Shown: positions 1 to 10,720, numbered from the stretch's first letter. The stretch: DNA of 60,574 nt from an uncultured delta proteobacterium (GCA_963843145.1 CAWJJC010000014.1:1-60574); one strand, 5' to 3'. Notes: generated from the sequence alone by a model not told the origin. Numbers and translations are program-made.

Positions 1-506
1 GCGGTTAGATCCACTGTGGCGAAAGGGGCTAAAAAACAGCCCTCTACCGTCGAGCCATGGATGTTGGCATAGTGCAGGGAAGCCGTATTCTGTATCAGAA
101 ATTCTTCCAGGTTTTCAGGATCGTGGGAAAAGCTGTGTACCAGAGTTTTGATGAGAAAGCTGTCCTTGATATGAATCACTTCATCATCATGGAGCGGGAT
201 TTCCAGGCCTTTATGATTGAAGGCCTGCCCTTTGGACTTCAATTCATCTCCCCGGATATCACTTTTATAGAGCACCGAATAATCCACGATGCATTTCCCC
301 AAGAAATAACTTCCGGCCAAACTGGAGCATTTGAATCGGAAATAAAGAGGATGGTGGGAAGTCAATCCATAGAAGGCATAAAACTTTCCGAATTGCGCTG
401 AAGGAATAACGTGGCGAATAGCCGGAGCTACGTCAAAGGCAGGTTCTCTGAGGTTGATATTGACCCGATTAATGATCCGGTCGATCAATTTTTCGAGTTG
501 TTTCAT
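1..506 (-). CDS. Conserved protein of sulfate reducers (often annotated transferase/hexapeptide-repeat-like); 5' part only, runs off the window start
   Basis: Manual translation from ATG at 506: MKQLEKLIDRIINRVNINLREPAFDV...LAGSYFLGKC...YANIHGSTVEGCFLAPFATVDLT, open to position 1. Absent from the ORF track because there is no stop in the window. Confidence 0.7.
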   Translation of the reverse strand, partial: MKQLEKLIDRIINRVNINLREPAFDVAPAIRHVIPSAQFGKFYAFYGLTSHHPLYFRFKCSSLAGSYFLGKCIVDYSVLYKSDIRGDELKSKGQAFNHKGLEIPLHDDEVIHIKDSFLIKTLVHSFSHDPENLEEFLIQNTASLHYANIHGSTVEGCFLAPFATVDLT

Positions 507-667
507 GCTGGATGCCCCCGCAAGTTGACCTAAACCGATTTATGGGGCCACTTGTAACAAAAAAAATACTTTATTTCAAGAAAATAATTATATATAATCA
601 AATTATTATTAGTAGTTAATCTATTCGTATCTATTATTATTACACTATTATATAATAATTAAACATA

Positions 668-2068
668 ATGGGCGAGAAGATCCTTATAATTGATGATGAA
701 CCCGAATTGCTGGAATTACTCAAATTAGTCATTGAGGATAAGACCCGCCACGAGGTAACAACCACCACCAATCCCCTGCAGGCACCCGCGTTTTTGGAAG
801 AAACTTCCTTCGATTTGGTTATTACCGACCTTAAGATGCCCCATTTGGGTGGAATTGAGTTGCTGGAGACTATTCGGAAAAGTGCCCCCGACTTGCCGGT
901 AATCATCTTGACCGCCTTCGGAACCATTGAATCGGCCGTGGAAGCCCTCCAGAAAGGGGCCTTCAGCTATGTCACCAAGCCTTTTAAGATTGACGAAATC
1001 CTGATCAATATCGAAAAGGCCCTGGTATTTGAACGGATCAAGAAAGAGAATATCAATCTCCGCCGGGAGCTGGATCTGAGAAGGCAGTCCCCTTTCTTAA
1101 TCGGGAAAAGTCAGGCCATGAAAAAAGTCAATCAGACTATTCTGGAGTTATCCCACAGCGAGGCGGCCATCCTGATCTCCGGGGAACCGGGTACGGGTCG
1201 GGAACTGGTGGCCAAGGTCATTCATTTTCAAAGTCCCCGGAAAGAAAAAAAATTCGTGCCCTTCAATTGTTCCGCCATCCCCGAAAACCTGGTGGAAGGT
1301 GAATTGTTTGGCTATGCTGCCGGGACTCATCCGGGAACCTTAACGGAAAAGAAAGGCCTGGTGGAAGAGGCGGATGGCGGGACGCTCTTTTTGGATGAAG
1401 TGGAAGAGTTGAACCTTTACAACCAGACTAAGCTCCTGCGACTCCTTCAGGAAGGAGAATACAAGCCCCTGGGAAGCAAGCGCAGCCAACGGGGCAATCT
1501 GCGATTTATGACCTCCACCGGTCGAGATTTAAAGGAAAAGTTGAAACGCAGGGATTTCAGGGAAGATTTATACTATCGCCTTTCGGTGATCCAGATCCCC
1601 CTTCCCCCGCTCAGGGAGCGGAAGGAGGACATCTCGGCCTTGGCCCAACATTTTCTGGAAAAATACGGGAGGATCAATCAGAAGGAAATCCGGGGTATTC
1701 ACGGTGACGCCCTGGCGGTGCTCCGTTCCTGGGACTGGCCCGGAAATATCCGAGAATTGGAAACCGTTATTGAACGGGGGGTTATTTTCTGTAAATCCGA
1801 CTTTTTGACTATCTCGGATTTGATCCTGCCGGACCGCCCCACTTCCACCTTACTGGCTATCGAAGAAGAACTTTTCAGCCGACCGATCAAGGAAGCCCGC
1901 GAACGTCTGGTCTCCCACTTTAACACGGAGTACATTAAAAGGGCCCTGGTCAAAAACAAGGGCAATGTATCCCTGGCGGCTCAGGAGATCGGGCTCAAGC
2001 GTCCTTACCTACATCGCCTGATGAAAGAATGCGACCTTAAGGCCAAAACGTTCAGGCAAATCCATTAA
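668..2068 (+). CDS. NtrC/AtoC-family response regulator (REC-AAA+-Fis HTH) with degenerate sigma54-contact loop
   Basis: REC (ILIIDDE, DLKMP), Walker A GEPGTGRE, Walker B LFLDEV, WPGNIREL, C-terminal HTH. GAFTGA is replaced by GTHPGT. Confidence 0.93.
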   Translation: MGEKILIIDDEPELLELLKLVIEDKTRHEVTTTTNPLQAPAFLEETSFDLVITDLKMPHLGGIELLETIRKSAPDLPVIILTAFGTIESAVEALQKGAFSYVTKPFKIDEILINIEKALVFERIKKENINLRRELDLRRQSPFLIGKSQAMKKVNQTILELSHSEAAILISGEPGTGRELVAKVIHFQSPRKEKKFVPFNCSAIPENLVEGELFGYAAGTHPGTLTEKKGLVEEADGGTLFLDEVEELNLYNQTKLLRLLQEGEYKPLGSKRSQRGNLRFMTSTGRDLKEKLKRRDFREDLYYRLSVIQIPLPPLRERKEDISALAQHFLEKYGRINQKEIRGIHGDALAVLRSWDWPGNIRELETVIERGVIFCKSDFLTISDLILPDRPTSTLLAIEEELFSRPIKEARERLVSHFNTEYIKRALVKNKGNVSLAAQEIGLKRPYLHRLMKECDLKAKTFRQIH

Positions 2069-2859
2069 TCGGCAAAAAGCTCATCCAAGAAGGAGAGCAT
2101 CAGTTTCCAGGACCGCCGGTCCGCGATTTTATTATAGGCCAGGGCCGGGATGCCTGCTTTATCGGCATCGGGATTGGTAAAACTGTGCCGGGCCCCCCCG
2201 TAGACCATGAACTGCCAGTCTGCGCCCCCAGCCCTTAAGCTATCCTGGTAGGCCATAATCTGCTCTTTGGTAGTCAAAAGGTCATCCGCTCCGTGGAGGA
2301 TCAAGACCTTGGCTTTGAAAGACCCGGGCTCCGCCTTTTCGGCCGGAAGCGCGCTGTGAAAACTGACCACCCCCTTCAGATCCACCCCTTCCTGGGCCAT
2401 GGACAAAACGACATGTCCTCCAAAACAATAGCCGATGGCCGCGATTTGATCTTTGCGGGTCAGGGGTTGGTTGCGCAATAATTCATAGCCGGCCAGGAAA
2501 CGCGCCTTACCCATCTGTTTGTTCTGCCGCACGGCCGTGGCCCATTCACCGGCCTCCTGGGGATGGGTGGTAGTCTTTCCGCCTCCGTACATATCCACGG
2601 CCAGGGCGATATACCCCTCCCTGGCCAGGGCCTCGGCCCTTTTCTTGGCGTAATCATTAAGCCCCCACCATTCATGGACCACCAGGACCCCGGGGCGCGG
2701 CGTCGGATAGCTGTCCTCATAAACCAGATAACCGTTCAGCACCGTGCTTCCCTGCTTATACTCCACTTTCTCCGCTTTCAAAGCGGCTTCACTTCGAAGG
2801 GATAAGCAAAAAAAGGAAACCATTGCCAGTGCTAGTGTTGTCGTCATACTTCTTTTCAT
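2065..2859 (-). CDS. Dienelactone hydrolase family protein with signal peptide
   Basis: VVHEWWGLN, GYCFGG nucleophile, HGADD, HSFTNP. Start placed at ATG 2859 behind GGAGGA; hydrophobic leader ending SEA. Confidence 0.9.
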   Translation of the reverse strand: MKRSMTTTLALAMVSFFCLSLRSEAALKAEKVEYKQGSTVLNGYLVYEDSYPTPRPGVLVVHEWWGLNDYAKKRAEALAREGYIALAVDMYGGGKTTTHPQEAGEWATAVRQNKQMGKARFLAGYELLRNQPLTRKDQIAAIGYCFGGHVVLSMAQEGVDLKGVVSFHSALPAEKAEPGSFKAKVLILHGADDLLTTKEQIMAYQDSLRAGGADWQFMVYGGARHSFTNPDADKAGIPALAYNKIADRRSWKLMLSFLDELFAD

Positions 2860-2861
2860 GG

Positions 2862-5036
2862 TCATTCCTCCAATGCAAAGTGCTTTTTTTCCAACAAGAA
2901 TTCCCGATCTTCCGGCCAGCCCTGCTCCACCCCTTCCCGAAACCAAGCCAGGGCCGCCCGCCGGCAGAGGGATTCGACCTGGGCGCCGGTCCAGTCGACG
3001 GTTTGCCCCAGCAGCCAATCCATGGTCACCTCCGAGGAAAGGGGCTTCCCGGCGAGATGAATGGCCAGAATTTCTCTTCGCTCCGACTCTTCGGGAATGG
3101 CCAGGACGATTCGAAGCTCAAAACGGCCGGGCCGGAGCAGCGAGGGGTCTATTACCTCCGGCTGGCTGGTGGCCCCGACGATAAACACCCCTTTCAATTT
3201 TTCCACCCCATCCATTTCGGTGAGGAGCTGACTGACCATGCGGCTGGTCACCTTGGAGCTTCCCCAGTCCAATCCCCTCTGCGCGGCAAAGGAATCAATT
3301 TCATCAAAGAAGAGGATGCAGGGAGCCGCCAGCCGGGCCTTGCGAAAAATTTCCCTTATCCGCTCTTCGCTTTCCCCCACATACTTGCTGAGCAGTTCCG
3401 GACCTTTGACGGCGATAAAATTCAGACCGCTCTCCCGGGCCAGGGCCTGGACCAGCAAGGTTTTCCCGGTGCCGGACGGCCCGGTGATCAAAATCCCTTT
3501 GGGCGGTTCGAGGCCCAGGGCCGCGTACCGCTCCGGGAATTCCCAGGGCCATTCGAAGGCCTCTTTCAGGGCCTTTTTGGCCTCATGGCAACCACCCACC
3601 TGCTCCCAGCGCACCTGGGGCAACTCCACCTGCACCTCCCGGATGGCCGAGGGTTCCACCTCTTTGAAGGCCTCATCAAAATCCACCGCCTCCACGGACA
3701 ACCCCTCCAAAAACTCGGGCGTCACCGTCTCCTGGACCAAATTCAGGCGGGGCCGGATCCTCCGCAGGGCGCAAAGACCTGCCTCCTGGCAGAAAGCCTT
3801 GAGGTCGGCGCCTACAAAGCCGTGGGTTTTTTTGGCCCAGACCTCCAGGTCGATATTCGGGGACAGGGGCATATTCCGGCTGTGGATCTTCAGAATTTCC
3901 AGGCGCCCTTTCTCGCCGGGTACCTCGATGGAGATCTCCCGATCAAAGCGACCCGGCCGTCTCAAAGCCGGGTCCAGGCTGTTGGGAATATTGGTAGCCC
4001 CCATGACCACCACTTGCCCCCGGGATTCCAGACCGTCCATGAGGGCCAATAACTGGGCCACGATCCGCTTTTCCACCTCGCCCTCCGTTTTTTCTCTTCG
4101 GGGAGCCAGGGCGTCGATTTCGTCCAAAAAGATAATGGCCGGGGCATTTTCCTGGGCTTTTTCAAAAATAGAGCGGAGTTTTTCCTCGCTTTCCCCGTAA
4201 TGACGCTGCATGATCTCGGGTCCGTTGATATGATAAAATTGGGTCTGAGTCTCCTGGGCCACGGCCCGGGCGATCAAGGTCTTTCCCGAACCCGGCGGAC
4301 CGTGAAGCAGAATCCCCTTGGGGGCATCAACCCCCAGCCGGGAAAAAATCTGCGGAAAGCGCAAGGGCAGTTCCACAATTTCCCGAATCCGTTCGATCTC
4401 CTTCTCCAGGCCCCCGATATGCTGATAACTGACGGCGTTGCTCCTGCGCCCTTCCCCGGTTTCCTCCTGAAACACCAGGGCGGTTTGAGACCCGACCTGA
4501 ACCGGGCCTGCCGGTTGGGTGGCCTGGACCCAAAAAACATCCTTTTTATCTCCGCCCAGGGAAACCGGGATACGGTTGCCGGCCAACACGATAATCTCTT
4601 GAAGTCGTTCTTTGAGGATCGCCTTCCGTTCCTCCTTGATCAATTGGGATTTTTCGGGAATCAAAACGATTTCCTCGGCCGGAAGGGCTCTGGCCTTCTG
4701 GACAATAATCTTGCTGAACAGAAAGGTCCCGGCATTGCTGAGCGTCAGCGGGTCCAGGTGAATAACGGCTTCGGAGCCGATAATGGGGGCCGAAGGCCCC
4801 ACCGGGACCACGGCTGATTGGGTACCCTTCAACAGCAGAAAATCGCCTTCCTGAACCTTGAGGTACTTCATGTTAGACGGAGAGATGCGGACCTTGAAGG
4901 ACTCCCCGTCTTCAAGTAAGGCCTTGACTACATGAAGGGCCACCTGATGATGGCCGCAGGTCTGATCCCGGCAATCCTTACACGTGTGGTGGAAAGGGTC
5001 GTTTACCTGGGTTTCATGGGGGCAGTGCTCGGACAT
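2862..5036 (-). CDS. CDC48/p97/VAT-family double AAA+ ATPase
   Basis: N domain plus D1 (GPPGSGKT, IIFLDEID, ALRRPGRFDRE) and D2 (GPSGTGKT, LFFDEID, LLRPGRF), with EVEPSAIRE linker. Start at ATG 5036 after GGGAGG. Confidence 0.93.
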   Translation of the reverse strand: MSEHCPHETQVNDPFHHTCKDCRDQTCGHHQVALHVVKALLEDGESFKVRISPSNMKYLKVQEGDFLLLKGTQSAVVPVGPSAPIIGSEAVIHLDPLTLSNAGTFLFSKIIVQKARALPAEEIVLIPEKSQLIKEERKAILKERLQEIIVLAGNRIPVSLGGDKKDVFWVQATQPAGPVQVGSQTALVFQEETGEGRRSNAVSYQHIGGLEKEIERIREIVELPLRFPQIFSRLGVDAPKGILLHGPPGSGKTLIARAVAQETQTQFYHINGPEIMQRHYGESEEKLRSIFEKAQENAPAIIFLDEIDALAPRREKTEGEVEKRIVAQLLALMDGLESRGQVVVMGATNIPNSLDPALRRPGRFDREISIEVPGEKGRLEILKIHSRNMPLSPNIDLEVWAKKTHGFVGADLKAFCQEAGLCALRRIRPRLNLVQETVTPEFLEGLSVEAVDFDEAFKEVEPSAIREVQVELPQVRWEQVGGCHEAKKALKEAFEWPWEFPERYAALGLEPPKGILITGPSGTGKTLLVQALARESGLNFIAVKGPELLSKYVGESEERIREIFRKARLAAPCILFFDEIDSFAAQRGLDWGSSKVTSRMVSQLLTEMDGVEKLKGVFIVGATSQPEVIDPSLLRPGRFELRIVLAIPEESERREILAIHLAGKPLSSEVTMDWLLGQTVDWTGAQVESLCRRAALAWFREGVEQGWPEDREFLLEKKHFALEE

Positions 5037-5315
5037 AACCGGTCCTCCCATCAGTTTAAAAATGAAACTCGGCACCACCAGGCATTTCTTAATAGTTACT
5101 AATGAACCATTGATTATTAATGATTAATGCCAAGCAGATAGGCTTATGCCGCCCCTAATATTTTCAAACTTCGGGGTGCAAGCCGCCGGCCTGATTGTTT
5201 AATACAAAGTAAGGCATTTTAGACATAATGCAATAGGGTATCCTATCCCCGGGTCCGGGATGAGGAGGAAAGGAATTATTCCGATTTCGATATACGGCGG
5301 TCTAAACTTTTGGAT

Positions 5316-5638
5316 GTTCGCCCTTTTGGGTGGGTAGGCACAAAATATGGGGGTTTGGTCTGAAATCGGGCCTTCGTGGCCGCCGGGTCTCGGCGAAAGG
5401 GTTCCCCAGCCCGCCTAAGGCGGGCCTTTATCGGTGCTAACCCGGCCCCCATGTTTTCAAATCTTTCCGGAGGCAGGGCCGACCTAACAGGCGTTAAAAG
5501 CCTCTAAGTTTGGGCCTGCTTTAGATAAAATTGGTAAGTTGGGCCCGAATTCGAAGTCCGGAGTACCTCTGGAAAACCCTTTCGCCGAGACCCGGCGGCC
5601 ATACCCGATATGGGGGGTACCCACCCAAAAGGACGAAC
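5316..5638. repeat. Long nested inverted-repeat element (MITE-like)
   Basis: Outer arms 5316-5336/5618-5638 (1 mismatch in 21) and inner arms 5377-5409/5569-5601 (2 mismatches in 33). Confidence 0.8.
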
Positions 5639-5785
5639 CGTCAAACTTTTCTCTTTACTGACATCACTAATTGGTTTATTCTGATATAAGAGAAAAATAA
5701 TAGTCTCTCCCCCCGCCTTTAATCCTGATGCGGCTCAAAAAATCCGGATAAGGCAACTCATCTTCAGCGAAAAGGACAAAACCTC

Positions 5786-7303
5786 TTGAAAATACTTTTG
5801 ATTTACCCTAAATACCCTGAAACCTTCTGGGGCTTCAAATACGCCCTCAAGTTCATCTCCAAAAAAGCGGCCTTCCCCCCCCTGGGCCTGTTGACCGTGG
5901 CGGCCCTACTGCCGGAAACCTGGGAAAAACGTCTGATTGATCTGAACGTGCGCAATCTGAAGGACGAAGACCTGAAGGGTGTGGATCTGGTCTTCATCGG
6001 GGCCATGTTTATCCAGAAGGACAGCGTAGAGGAGATCATCCACAGGTGTAAAGCCCAAGGGGTCAGGATCGTAGCCGGGGGCCCCTTGTTTACCATGAGC
6101 GAGGAAAGCGAACTGGACCGGCGGATCGACTACTTCGTCCTGGACGAGGGGGAAATCACGGTCCCGTTATTCCTGGCGGATCTGGAAAAGGGAAATCCCC
6201 GGAGGGTCTATACCTCTCCGGAGCGGCCCGATGTTAAAAAGACCCCCCAACCCCTCTGGGATCTGATCTCCTTCAAACACTACGCCACCATGTCGATCCA
6301 GTATTCCCGGGGGTGCCCCTTTAACTGCGATTTCTGCGACATCATCATCCTGAACGGCCGGGTTCCGCGCTCCAAGGGAAGCGACCAGGTCCTGGGGGAA
6401 CTGGATGCCCTTTACGATCGAGGTTGGCGGGGCGGGGTTTTTATCGTGGACGACAATTTTATCGGCAACAAGCAGAAAGTGAAGCGGCTCCTACCCGACC
6501 TGAGGCACTGGAATCAGGAGCGCAAGTATCCCTTTCATTTCATCACCGAAGCTTCGTTGAATCTGGCGGACGATGACGAACTGATGAAGATGATGGCTGA
6601 TGCCAACTTTTCCCAGGTCTTTCTGGGCATCGAGACTCCTAATGAGGGAAGCCTGACGGAATGCAACAAAACCCAAAATTCCGAGCGCGATATGGCGGAC
6701 TCCATCCGAAAGATCCAGCAGGCCGGACTGGAGGTCATGGGAGGCTTCATCGTGGGGTTCGACAACGATCCTCCATCCATCTTTGAGCAGCAGATCCGTT
6801 TTATCCAGCGGATCGGGGTAGTGACCGCCATGGTGGGCTTGCTGCACGCCGTTCCGCGGACCCCATTGTATCAGCGCCTCAAGCAGCAGGGCCGGATCCT
6901 CATGAACAGCACCGGGAACAACACGGACGGCACCCTGAATTTTATCCCCAAGATGGACACCCAACTGCTGGTGGACGGCTACCGAGAAATCATCAACACC
7001 ATCTATGCTCCGAAGCAATACTACGAACGGGTTCGGACCTTCCTCAAGGGTTACCAGCCCAAGTTGAAGGGTCGCCGCCTTACCTTAAGGGATACCCGGG
7101 CCTTCGTGAAATCCATTTTCATACTGGGTATTTTTGCCAAAGAGCGGAGTTACTACTGGAAGCTCCTGACCGCCACTTTGTTCAAAAACAGAAAAGCGCT
7201 TCCTCAGGCCCTCTCCTGTGTCATCTTTGGTTACCATTTCCGCCGGGTATTGAAGCATCTTTCTATTTCACCCCGGAAGGGAGTTGCCCCAGGCTCCCCC
7301 TGA
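5786..7303 (+). CDS. B12-binding domain radical SAM protein (DUF4070-type)
   Basis: N-terminal cobalamin-binding fold (PPLGLLTVAALLP), SRGCPFNCDFC CxxxCxxC, VDDNFIGN, GFIVGFDND. TTG start. Confidence 0.9.
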   Translation: MKILLIYPKYPETFWGFKYALKFISKKAAFPPLGLLTVAALLPETWEKRLIDLNVRNLKDEDLKGVDLVFIGAMFIQKDSVEEIIHRCKAQGVRIVAGGPLFTMSEESELDRRIDYFVLDEGEITVPLFLADLEKGNPRRVYTSPERPDVKKTPQPLWDLISFKHYATMSIQYSRGCPFNCDFCDIIILNGRVPRSKGSDQVLGELDALYDRGWRGGVFIVDDNFIGNKQKVKRLLPDLRHWNQERKYPFHFITEASLNLADDDELMKMMADANFSQVFLGIETPNEGSLTECNKTQNSERDMADSIRKIQQAGLEVMGGFIVGFDNDPPSIFEQQIRFIQRIGVVTAMVGLLHAVPRTPLYQRLKQQGRILMNSTGNNTDGTLNFIPKMDTQLLVDGYREIINTIYAPKQYYERVRTFLKGYQPKLKGRRLTLRDTRAFVKSIFILGIFAKERSYYWKLLTATLFKNRKALPQALSCVIFGYHFRRVLKHLSISPRKGVAPGSP

Positions 7304-7308
7304 CCAGT

Positions 7309-8427
7309 TCATGAACAGCAAATCTTCTCCAATGGCGCGCAGGCATAGCCCAGGTCACCGGCCACGTTGGCGCAGGTGACCTGGCCCCGGTATACGTTGA
7401 CCCCCTTGGCCAGGGCCGGGTCGTCGGCCACGGCCTGGGCGATCCCTTTGTTGGCCAGGGCCTGGGCATAGGGCAGGGTGACGTTGGTCAGGGCAAAGGT
7501 GGAGGTGCGGGCCACAGCGGCCGGCATGTTGGTCACCCCATAGTGGATCACCCCGTCCACTAAATAGATCGGATCGGTGTGGGTCGTGGGCCGGGTGGTT
7601 TCGCAGCAACCGCCCTGATCCACCGAGACGTCCACCACCACGGTACCCGGTTTCATCGAAGCGATCATCTCCCGGGTGACCAACTTGGGCGCCCGGGCCC
7701 CGGGGATCAGCACCGCCCCGATGACCAGATGGGCGTCCTTCACCGCTACGGCGATGTTGTCGTGGTTGGACATGAGGGTATTGATCCGGGTCCCGAAGAT
7801 GTCGTCCAGATAGGCTAGGCGCTGAGCATTGTTGTCCACGATGGTTACGTAGGCCCCCAACCCCACGGCGATCTTGGCCGCGCTGGCGCCCACTGTTCCG
7901 GCGCCGATAATCGCCACTTTGCCCCGGGCCACGCCGGGTACACCTCCCAGCAGGACTCCCCGACCGCCGAACCCCTTTTCCAGGTAGTGGGCCCCCACCT
8001 GAACGGCCATACGTCCGGCCACCACACTCATGGGGGTCAACAGGGGAAGCGAGCCGTCTAAAAGTTGAATGGTTTCATAGGCCACCCCGATAACCCCCCG
8101 CTGCAGCAGGCCCCGGGTCAATTCGGGCGCCGGCGCCAGATGCAGGTAGGCGAAGAGGATCTGACCTTCCTGGAGCAAAGGGATTTCCGCGGGCAGGGGC
8201 TCTTTGACCTTCATGACCATCTCGGCCCGGCCGTAAACGGCTTCAGCGTTGGGGACGATCATTGCCCCGGCCTCGGTGAATTCCTCGTCCAGGATGCCGC
8301 TTCCTTCCCCCGCGCCGGCCTGGATCCATACCTGATGTCCGTCCTGGGCCAGGGCCCGCACCCCGGCCGGTACCACGCCCACCCGATACTCGTGATTTTT
8401 TATTTCCTTGGGTATCCCGATGATCAT
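7309..8427 (-). CDS. ald: Alanine dehydrogenase
   Basis: [48 protein letters not shown]. Confidence 0.96.
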   Translation of the reverse strand: MIIGIPKEIKNHEYRVGVVPAGVRALAQDGHQVWIQAGAGEGSGILDEEFTEAGAMIVPNAEAVYGRAEMVMKVKEPLPAEIPLLQEGQILFAYLHLAPAPELTRGLLQRGVIGVAYETIQLLDGSLPLLTPMSVVAGRMAVQVGAHYLEKGFGGRGVLLGGVPGVARGKVAIIGAGTVGASAAKIAVGLGAYVTIVDNNAQRLAYLDDIFGTRINTLMSNHDNIAVAVKDAHLVIGAVLIPGARAPKLVTREMIASMKPGTVVVDVSVDQGGCCETTRPTTHTDPIYLVDGVIHYGVTNMPAAVARTSTFALTNVTLPYAQALANKGIAQAVADDPALAKGVNVYRGQVTCANVAGDLGYACAPLEKICCS

Positions 8428-8471
8428 TCACCCCTCCTACTTTGCGTTCTTCGCGCCTTAGCGGTGAAGGT

Positions 8472-10487
8472 TTATAACTTCAACCCCACTTCCAAACCCT
8501 CCCGCACGGCCTCCAGGGCCTTGCGGGGTTTCTTGGCATCACCGATCAGGTAAATCTCCTCCACCTTGTCCTTAAACTCTTCATAAAGATCGTTCACCGG
8601 TTCCACCCCCAGGGCCAGCACCACCGTGCGGGCCGGCAGACTGCCGGTTTCACCCTCCTTTTCAAAAACGACGCTTTCCGGGGTGATCTCCACGGCCCTG
8701 GAGGATAACTGGCTCCGGATCCCCCGGCGGTGGATATCCTGAAGGATCGACCAGCGGGTCGAAGCCCCGATATCACGGCCGATCTTGGCCATCATTTCCA
8801 GGATAGTGATTTCCTGAATTCCCCGGGTAACCAGCGGATACAAAACCTCCGGAGACTCGGCCTGGTTTTCAAACAGAAAATATAGAGTTTCAGGGGGAAT
8901 CGTCCCGATGCGGGCCAACAGCAGGGCTGTTTCGCAGCCCACCGCCCCGCCGCCGATAATCACTACCGGGCTGACCGTGTCCACTTGACCGGAGAGGACC
9001 TCCCAAGCCTGGACCACGTGGGGCAAGTTGATGCCGGGAATATCGGGGAGGATCGGTCTGGCCCCGGTGGCCACCACCACCGCATCCGGGGAAACCGCTT
9101 CCAGCAAAGGCAGGGTCACCTCCTGGTCCAAATTCACCTCCACGTCAAAAAGACCGAGTTGATAAGAAAGGTCTTGACCCAGGGCAGCCATTTCCTGCCT
9201 CCCCGGAGGGACAGCGGCTAATAGCAACTGCCCGCCCAATTCGGAATTGCGGTCGTAAAGAAACACCTTATGCCCTCGCCGGGCAGCCGTCACGGCGGCC
9301 ATCATTCCGCCCGGACCGCCGCCGATCACCAGAACCTTTTTCCTTTTCTCCGCCCGGATGACCGGGGTTTCTTTTTCCCGTCCGGTCCGGGGATTGACCA
9401 GACAAGTGACCGGGCCGAGTTTAAACACTTCGTCGAAGCAGCCTTGGTTGCAGGCGATACAATGCTGGATGGCCTGAAGATGTCCCCCCCTGGCCTTGTT
9501 GGGCAGATGGGGGTCGGCGATCAGTGCCCGAGCCATCCCGATCAGGTCCGCCTGTCCCTGACGTAATATACGATCAGCCAACAAAGGATCGTTCACCCGG
9601 TTGCAGGCTACCACCGGGACTTTGACTTTTTCGCGGATCCCCTGGGCCAGGTAGGTGAAGGCCCCCTGGGGAACCATCATGGTGAGCTGGGGCACCCGCG
9701 TTTCGTGCCAGCCGCCGGTGACGTTGATGGCATCGGCCCCGGCGGACTCCAGGACCTGGGCGAATTGGGCGGCCTCCGTATTGGTGTTGCCGCCGGGCAT
9801 GAAATCATTCCCGGCGACGCGAACCATGATCGGGAAATCCGGTCCCACTGCCTGCCGAACCTTTTCCACCACTTCCCGGCCGAAGCGCACCCGATTCTCC
9901 CAGGAGCCGCCATAATCGTCTTCCCGCTTATTGGTGAGGGGGGATAGAAACTGGCTGATCAAATAACCGGCGCTGCCCAGCACCTCGACCCCGTCCAACC
10001 CGGCCTCCTTGGCCCGCAAGGCGGCCTGAACAAAGCGCTGCTGGACCATTTCGATTTCACCTGGATCCATGGCCTTGGGCGTCTCTCCAGTAAGTTTGCT
10101 GCGAATGGCCGAGGGTGCCAGCGGGGTTCGTCCGCCGATCAGAAATGAATAGGCATATCGGCCGGCCTGGTACAGTTGAGCAAATAAGCGGGCGCCTTCC
10201 GTCTGAACCGCCCGGGCCAGATGAGACAGTCCTTCGATAAACCGATCTTCGTGGATGGCGATCATCTCCGACATGCCGCCGTATTCGTCCACCGTGCAGC
10301 CGCCGATGACAATCAGCCCGACTCCGCCCCTGGCTCGCTCTCGATAAAATTCGATCAGCCGGTCCGATACGAGACCTCCCGGGGTATACCCCAGGTGCAT
10401 GGCCGGAAGGATGATACGGTTTTTGATGGGCAACTGATTGATCATAATTGGAACAAATAACTTCTTAATCGGGTCTCCGAAGGACAT
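8472..10487 (-). CDS. NADH:flavin oxidoreductase / 2,4-dienoyl-CoA reductase (FadH-like, OYE + 4Fe-4S + FAD)
   Basis: GYLISQFLSPLTNKREDDYGG, CIACNQGC...C, GGGPGG and GGGAVG. Start at ATG 10487 after AAGGAG. Confidence 0.9.
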   Translation of the reverse strand: MSFGDPIKKLFVPIMINQLPIKNRIILPAMHLGYTPGGLVSDRLIEFYRERARGGVGLIVIGGCTVDEYGGMSEMIAIHEDRFIEGLSHLARAVQTEGARLFAQLYQAGRYAYSFLIGGRTPLAPSAIRSKLTGETPKAMDPGEIEMVQQRFVQAALRAKEAGLDGVEVLGSAGYLISQFLSPLTNKREDDYGGSWENRVRFGREVVEKVRQAVGPDFPIMVRVAGNDFMPGGNTNTEAAQFAQVLESAGADAINVTGGWHETRVPQLTMMVPQGAFTYLAQGIREKVKVPVVACNRVNDPLLADRILRQGQADLIGMARALIADPHLPNKARGGHLQAIQHCIACNQGCFDEVFKLGPVTCLVNPRTGREKETPVIRAEKRKKVLVIGGGPGGMMAAVTAARRGHKVFLYDRNSELGGQLLLAAVPPGRQEMAALGQDLSYQLGLFDVEVNLDQEVTLPLLEAVSPDAVVVATGARPILPDIPGINLPHVVQAWEVLSGQVDTVSPVVIIGGGAVGCETALLLARIGTIPPETLYFLFENQAESPEVLYPLVTRGIQEITILEMMAKIGRDIGASTRWSILQDIHRRGIRSQLSSRAVEITPESVVFEKEGETGSLPARTVVLALGVEPVNDLYEEFKDKVEEIYLIGDAKKPRKALEAVREGLEVGLKL

Positions 10488-10720
10488 CGGGATTACTCCT
10501 TTCGTGATTACAAAACCAATTGGAATTACTTTATTTTGATATAACATCCCCATTGGAGACTGTCAAAAGGATTGAAAGACTCCCCCCCCCTAATTCCAGG
10601 AAATATCCCGGTTCAGTATAAAAAAATTTACTCCCAACAAAATATTTCCCTTCTGATCTCATTTTAATTAATACTTATTATTAGTTATCAATATCCATAC
10701 TTCATCAAGCCTCCCTTTCC

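Noticed and set aside
57-401. 114-aa + strand ORF
   Set aside because: Antisense shadow of the real minus-strand gene starting at 506.
2860-3018. N-terminal extension of the dienelactone hydrolase in the ORF track
   Set aside because: It overlaps the CDC48 3' end; the SD and signal peptide support a start at 2859.
5316-5785. Cobalamin or c-di-GMP riboswitch upstream of the B12 radical SAM gene
   Set aside because: No B12 box or GEMM consensus is visible; the structure is a long inverted repeat.
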